64,000 bases of DNA from Selaginella moellendorffii. Its lineage: Eukaryota; Plantae; Lycopodiophyta. The translations under genes were made by a program, and so were the position numbers. Below the pieces are notes generated by a model. That model saw only the letters and a program-made list of their open reading frames with translations, searched no databases and was not told where the DNA came from. Where the stretch lies: positions 789,014-853,013 of the forward strand of contig NW_003314298.1 of the NCBI RefSeq assembly GCF_000143415.4, given 5' to 3'. Of the stretch, positions 61,557 to 64,000 are shown in pieces (the stretch's first letter is position 1; the number at the start of each line of letters is the position of its first letter).

Positions 61557-62663
61557 ATGGACACGGCCATGCTCCAGCTGTGGAGGATGCTCCTCCTCGC
61601 CGCGCTAGCGGCGCTCCAAGCCCTGGCCTGGGAATTGGAGAGGAGCAGCGGCGGCGGCGATCGGGCGGAGCCGGCATCGTTCTACTTCACGGATTTCGAG
61701 GATAATCTCCAGGATCTCAGCTTGCTCGGCGACGCCAAGTTCGTGCGAATCGAGGGCCAGGCGGATGGAATGGCGGTGCAGCTCTCCGGCACGCGCAAGA
61801 ACACCGTAGGTAGGCTGCTCTACAGTATCCCTGTCAACATGCTCGATCTATCCAACAATCCGGCCTCCTTCTCCACATTCTTCGAGTTCTCCATGACCGC
61901 CTTCGCCGGCGATGGCCTCGCGTTCGTCATCGTCCCCGACAAGATCTCCATCGGCGCCAGCGGCCCCTGGCTGGGATTGGTGAAAGAGGACGAGATCTCC
62001 AACCGGACGGCTATGGCGCCTCACACATTCGCGGTGGAGTTTGACAGCGTCATGAACATGGAACTCCGGGATCCAAACAGCAACCACGTCGGCCTGGATG
62101 TGGAAACCATCGTCTCCACCGTCACTGCCAATGCCTCCGACATTGGATTGATCCTCAACGATGGCTCCAGGACCTTCGCGTGGATCCAGTTCGATGGGTC
62201 GAGCAGCGAGCTAGACGTGAGGATCAGCAAGGATAGGAACTCCAGGCCGACGAAGCCGCTGCTCTCGCACAAGGTAGATCTCAAATCAGTGCTCCGGCCG
62301 TGGATGTACGTGGGTTTTAGCTCCTCCACCGGCGAGGCCTCGCAGAAGCACAAGGTGTTCTCCTGGAAGTTCTCCAGCGGCGGAAGTTCTTCCCCGAGTT
62401 CTTCAAGCCGGAGGAGGTGGCGAAATGAGATACTCCTACAGGGGATTCACTCGCTCCCGGCGAATCCGTTATCCCCCTCGATCGCAAAAGAGGGAGAGGA
62501 CGGATCATCAGAAGCCCCCCAGGTTTTGGATGATCACACTAGCAGCTTGGTGATTTTGGTGGTGGGATTTACGTGTGGAGCGAGCGTTACGTTGTTTTTG
62601 CTTGCTGGTTGGGCTTTGATGCGTTCCAGATTTGATCACAATGCGTATCAGGAGATCAATTAA
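61557..62663 (+). CDS. Legume (L-type) lectin protein with signal peptide and C-terminal TM, no kinase domain
   Basis: LLGDA, ASFSTFFEFSM, GDGLAFVIVP, FAVEFDS, NHVGLDV, MYVGFSSSTG, HKVFSWKF; TM LVILVVGFTCGASVTLFLLAGW. Confidence 0.92.
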   Translation: MDTAMLQLWRMLLLAALAALQALAWELERSSGGGDRAEPASFYFTDFEDNLQDLSLLGDAKFVRIEGQADGMAVQLSGTRKNTVGRLLYSIPVNMLDLSNNPASFSTFFEFSMTAFAGDGLAFVIVPDKISIGASGPWLGLVKEDEISNRTAMAPHTFAVEFDSVMNMELRDPNSNHVGLDVETIVSTVTANASDIGLILNDGSRTFAWIQFDGSSSELDVRISKDRNSRPTKPLLSHKVDLKSVLRPWMYVGFSSSTGEASQKHKVFSWKFSSGGSSSPSSSSRRRWRNEILLQGIHSLPANPLSPSIAKEGEDGSSEAPQVLDDHTSSLVILVVGFTCGASVTLFLLAGWALMRSRFDHNAYQEIN

Positions 62664-63277
62664 CAGGCAACCTCAGCAATCTACTATGCAAGAAAGTCAA
62701 TGTAGAGGTAAAGTCACATAGAGGTATGCTCTGCCTTATATATATTCTTGTGTGGGATGGTTCTTTTTCTTCTTCTTCCAATTTTTGTTCGTTTTCTTTC
62801 TTTTTTTCTTCCTTTTTTCATATATTCTTTTCCTAGTCGGTTACCAGGTCAGTATAATAGTTTTAATTCTTTTTAGAGGAGGCAAAAAGAAGGATTTTTA
62901 CTCTCTTTTTTTCTATTTTCGAAGATCTTTTCTCTTGGCGTGTTTTTTCAAGCTAGAAAGCTCTGTAAATTACATCTACAAATATAAAAATGTCCGTACT
63001 ATTATGAATGGTTCCGCATTTTCTCCGTACTTGTCGTTCGAACGAATCTGATTTTAGCATATACTAGCATATACGCTTTTCGTGACCTAAAAAAGACGCT
63101 TTCGATCTGACGGTGGCCATGCATCCAACGGTTGTGAGCCGCTCCAGCGAGGCTTTACATTGTGCGGCGCGCTGCAGTGCGTAGGGTTTCTTGGCGGTCG
63201 TAGGCGGCGGCGGCAGAGGCGAGGCGGCCGGATTTTCCTCTCCTTAGCAGCGCGAGCGATCTCAATCGCCTGCCAAG

Positions 63278-64000
63278 ATGGTGAGTGATTCCTCTGGAAT
63301 TCGTAGCGGATTCTGACATCGTGATGCTCTTTCCAGGTGAAATTCACGGCAGAAGAGCTGCGCCGGATCATGGACAAGAAGCACAACATCCGGAACATGT
63401 CTGTGATTGCTCATGTCGATCACGGTGAGTTTCTTCTAGATTTTCCATCCATTCAGTAGCTAAAGCTCGTCGATCTGAAATTTTCGCCAGGAAAATCCAC
63501 CCTGACGGATTCCCTGGTTGCGGCCGCTGGGATTATCGCCCAGGAGGTGGCTGGAGACGTCCGGATGACCGACACACGCCAGGATGAGGCCGAGCGTGGA
63601 ATCACTATCAAGTCGACTGGAATTTCCCTCTACTACGAGATGACCGAGGAGTCCTTGAAAGCTTTCAAGGGGGAGCGAGATGGTTCTGAGTACCTGATCA
63701 ATTTGATCGACTCTCCAGGGCACGTCGACTTTTCATCCGAGGTCACGGCTGCTTTGCGAATCACCGACGGTGCTCTGGTGGTGGTGGACTGTGTGGAGGG
63801 TGTCTGCGTCCAGACCGAGACTGTTCTTCGGCAGGCACTGGGAGAGAGGATCAGGCCGGTTTTGACAGTGAACAAGATGGACAGGTGTTTCCTCGAGCTC
63901 CAAGTCGATGGCGAGGAAGCTTACCAGACTTTTCAGCGCGTTATCGAGAACGCCAACGTTATCATGGCTACTTACGAGGACGCGCTCCTCGGCGACGTCC
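63278..64000 (+). CDS. EEF2: Translation elongation factor 2, 5' part (runs off the window)
   Basis: ATG|intron|[30 protein letters not shown]|[34 protein letters not shown]; telo-box TAGGGTTT near 63182. Confidence 0.98.

Overview
Compact, intron-containing land-plant nuclear DNA. Many introns of about 50-60 nt, GC3-rich codons, four PLS-type PPR loci and Crinkler-like ORFs suggest Selaginella moellendorffii (inference, not verified). 1-30 kb is gene-dense: DYW-PPR (5' partial), an AT-rich island, alpha-carbonic anhydrase, trihelix/Myb-SANT protein, cornichon, an RLK/Pelle-type pseudokinase, nsLTP, a PPR whose ATG overlaps the stop of a catalytically altered HARBI1/ALP1-like ORF (TGATG), an ATAF-like NAC, agmatine deiminase starting 31 nt after the stop of a frameshifted NHX, tRNA-Trp, and a conserved plant protein with internal repeats. 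30-37 kb holds a decayed Crinkler-type nuclease-kinase and a complete but mutated Ty3/gypsy element (174-bp LTRs, tRNA-Ala PBS, -1 slippery site). After a TMEM53-like gene, 40-61.5 kb is an accessory block of deletion-riddled, mostly intron-retaining gene relics (two DYW-PPRs, OGDH E1 twice, HAK/KUP, anthranilate synthase, ankyrin, WRKY-IId). These surround one intact Crinkler/RHS-type NTPase-nuclease ORF that sits in a large inverted arrangement. The window ends with an L-type lectin membrane protein and the 5' part of eEF2. Best leads: (i) operon-like coupled gene pairs (HARBI1-PPR, NHX-AIH); (ii) the palindromic Crinkler NTPase-REase cassette flanked by captured host-gene relics.
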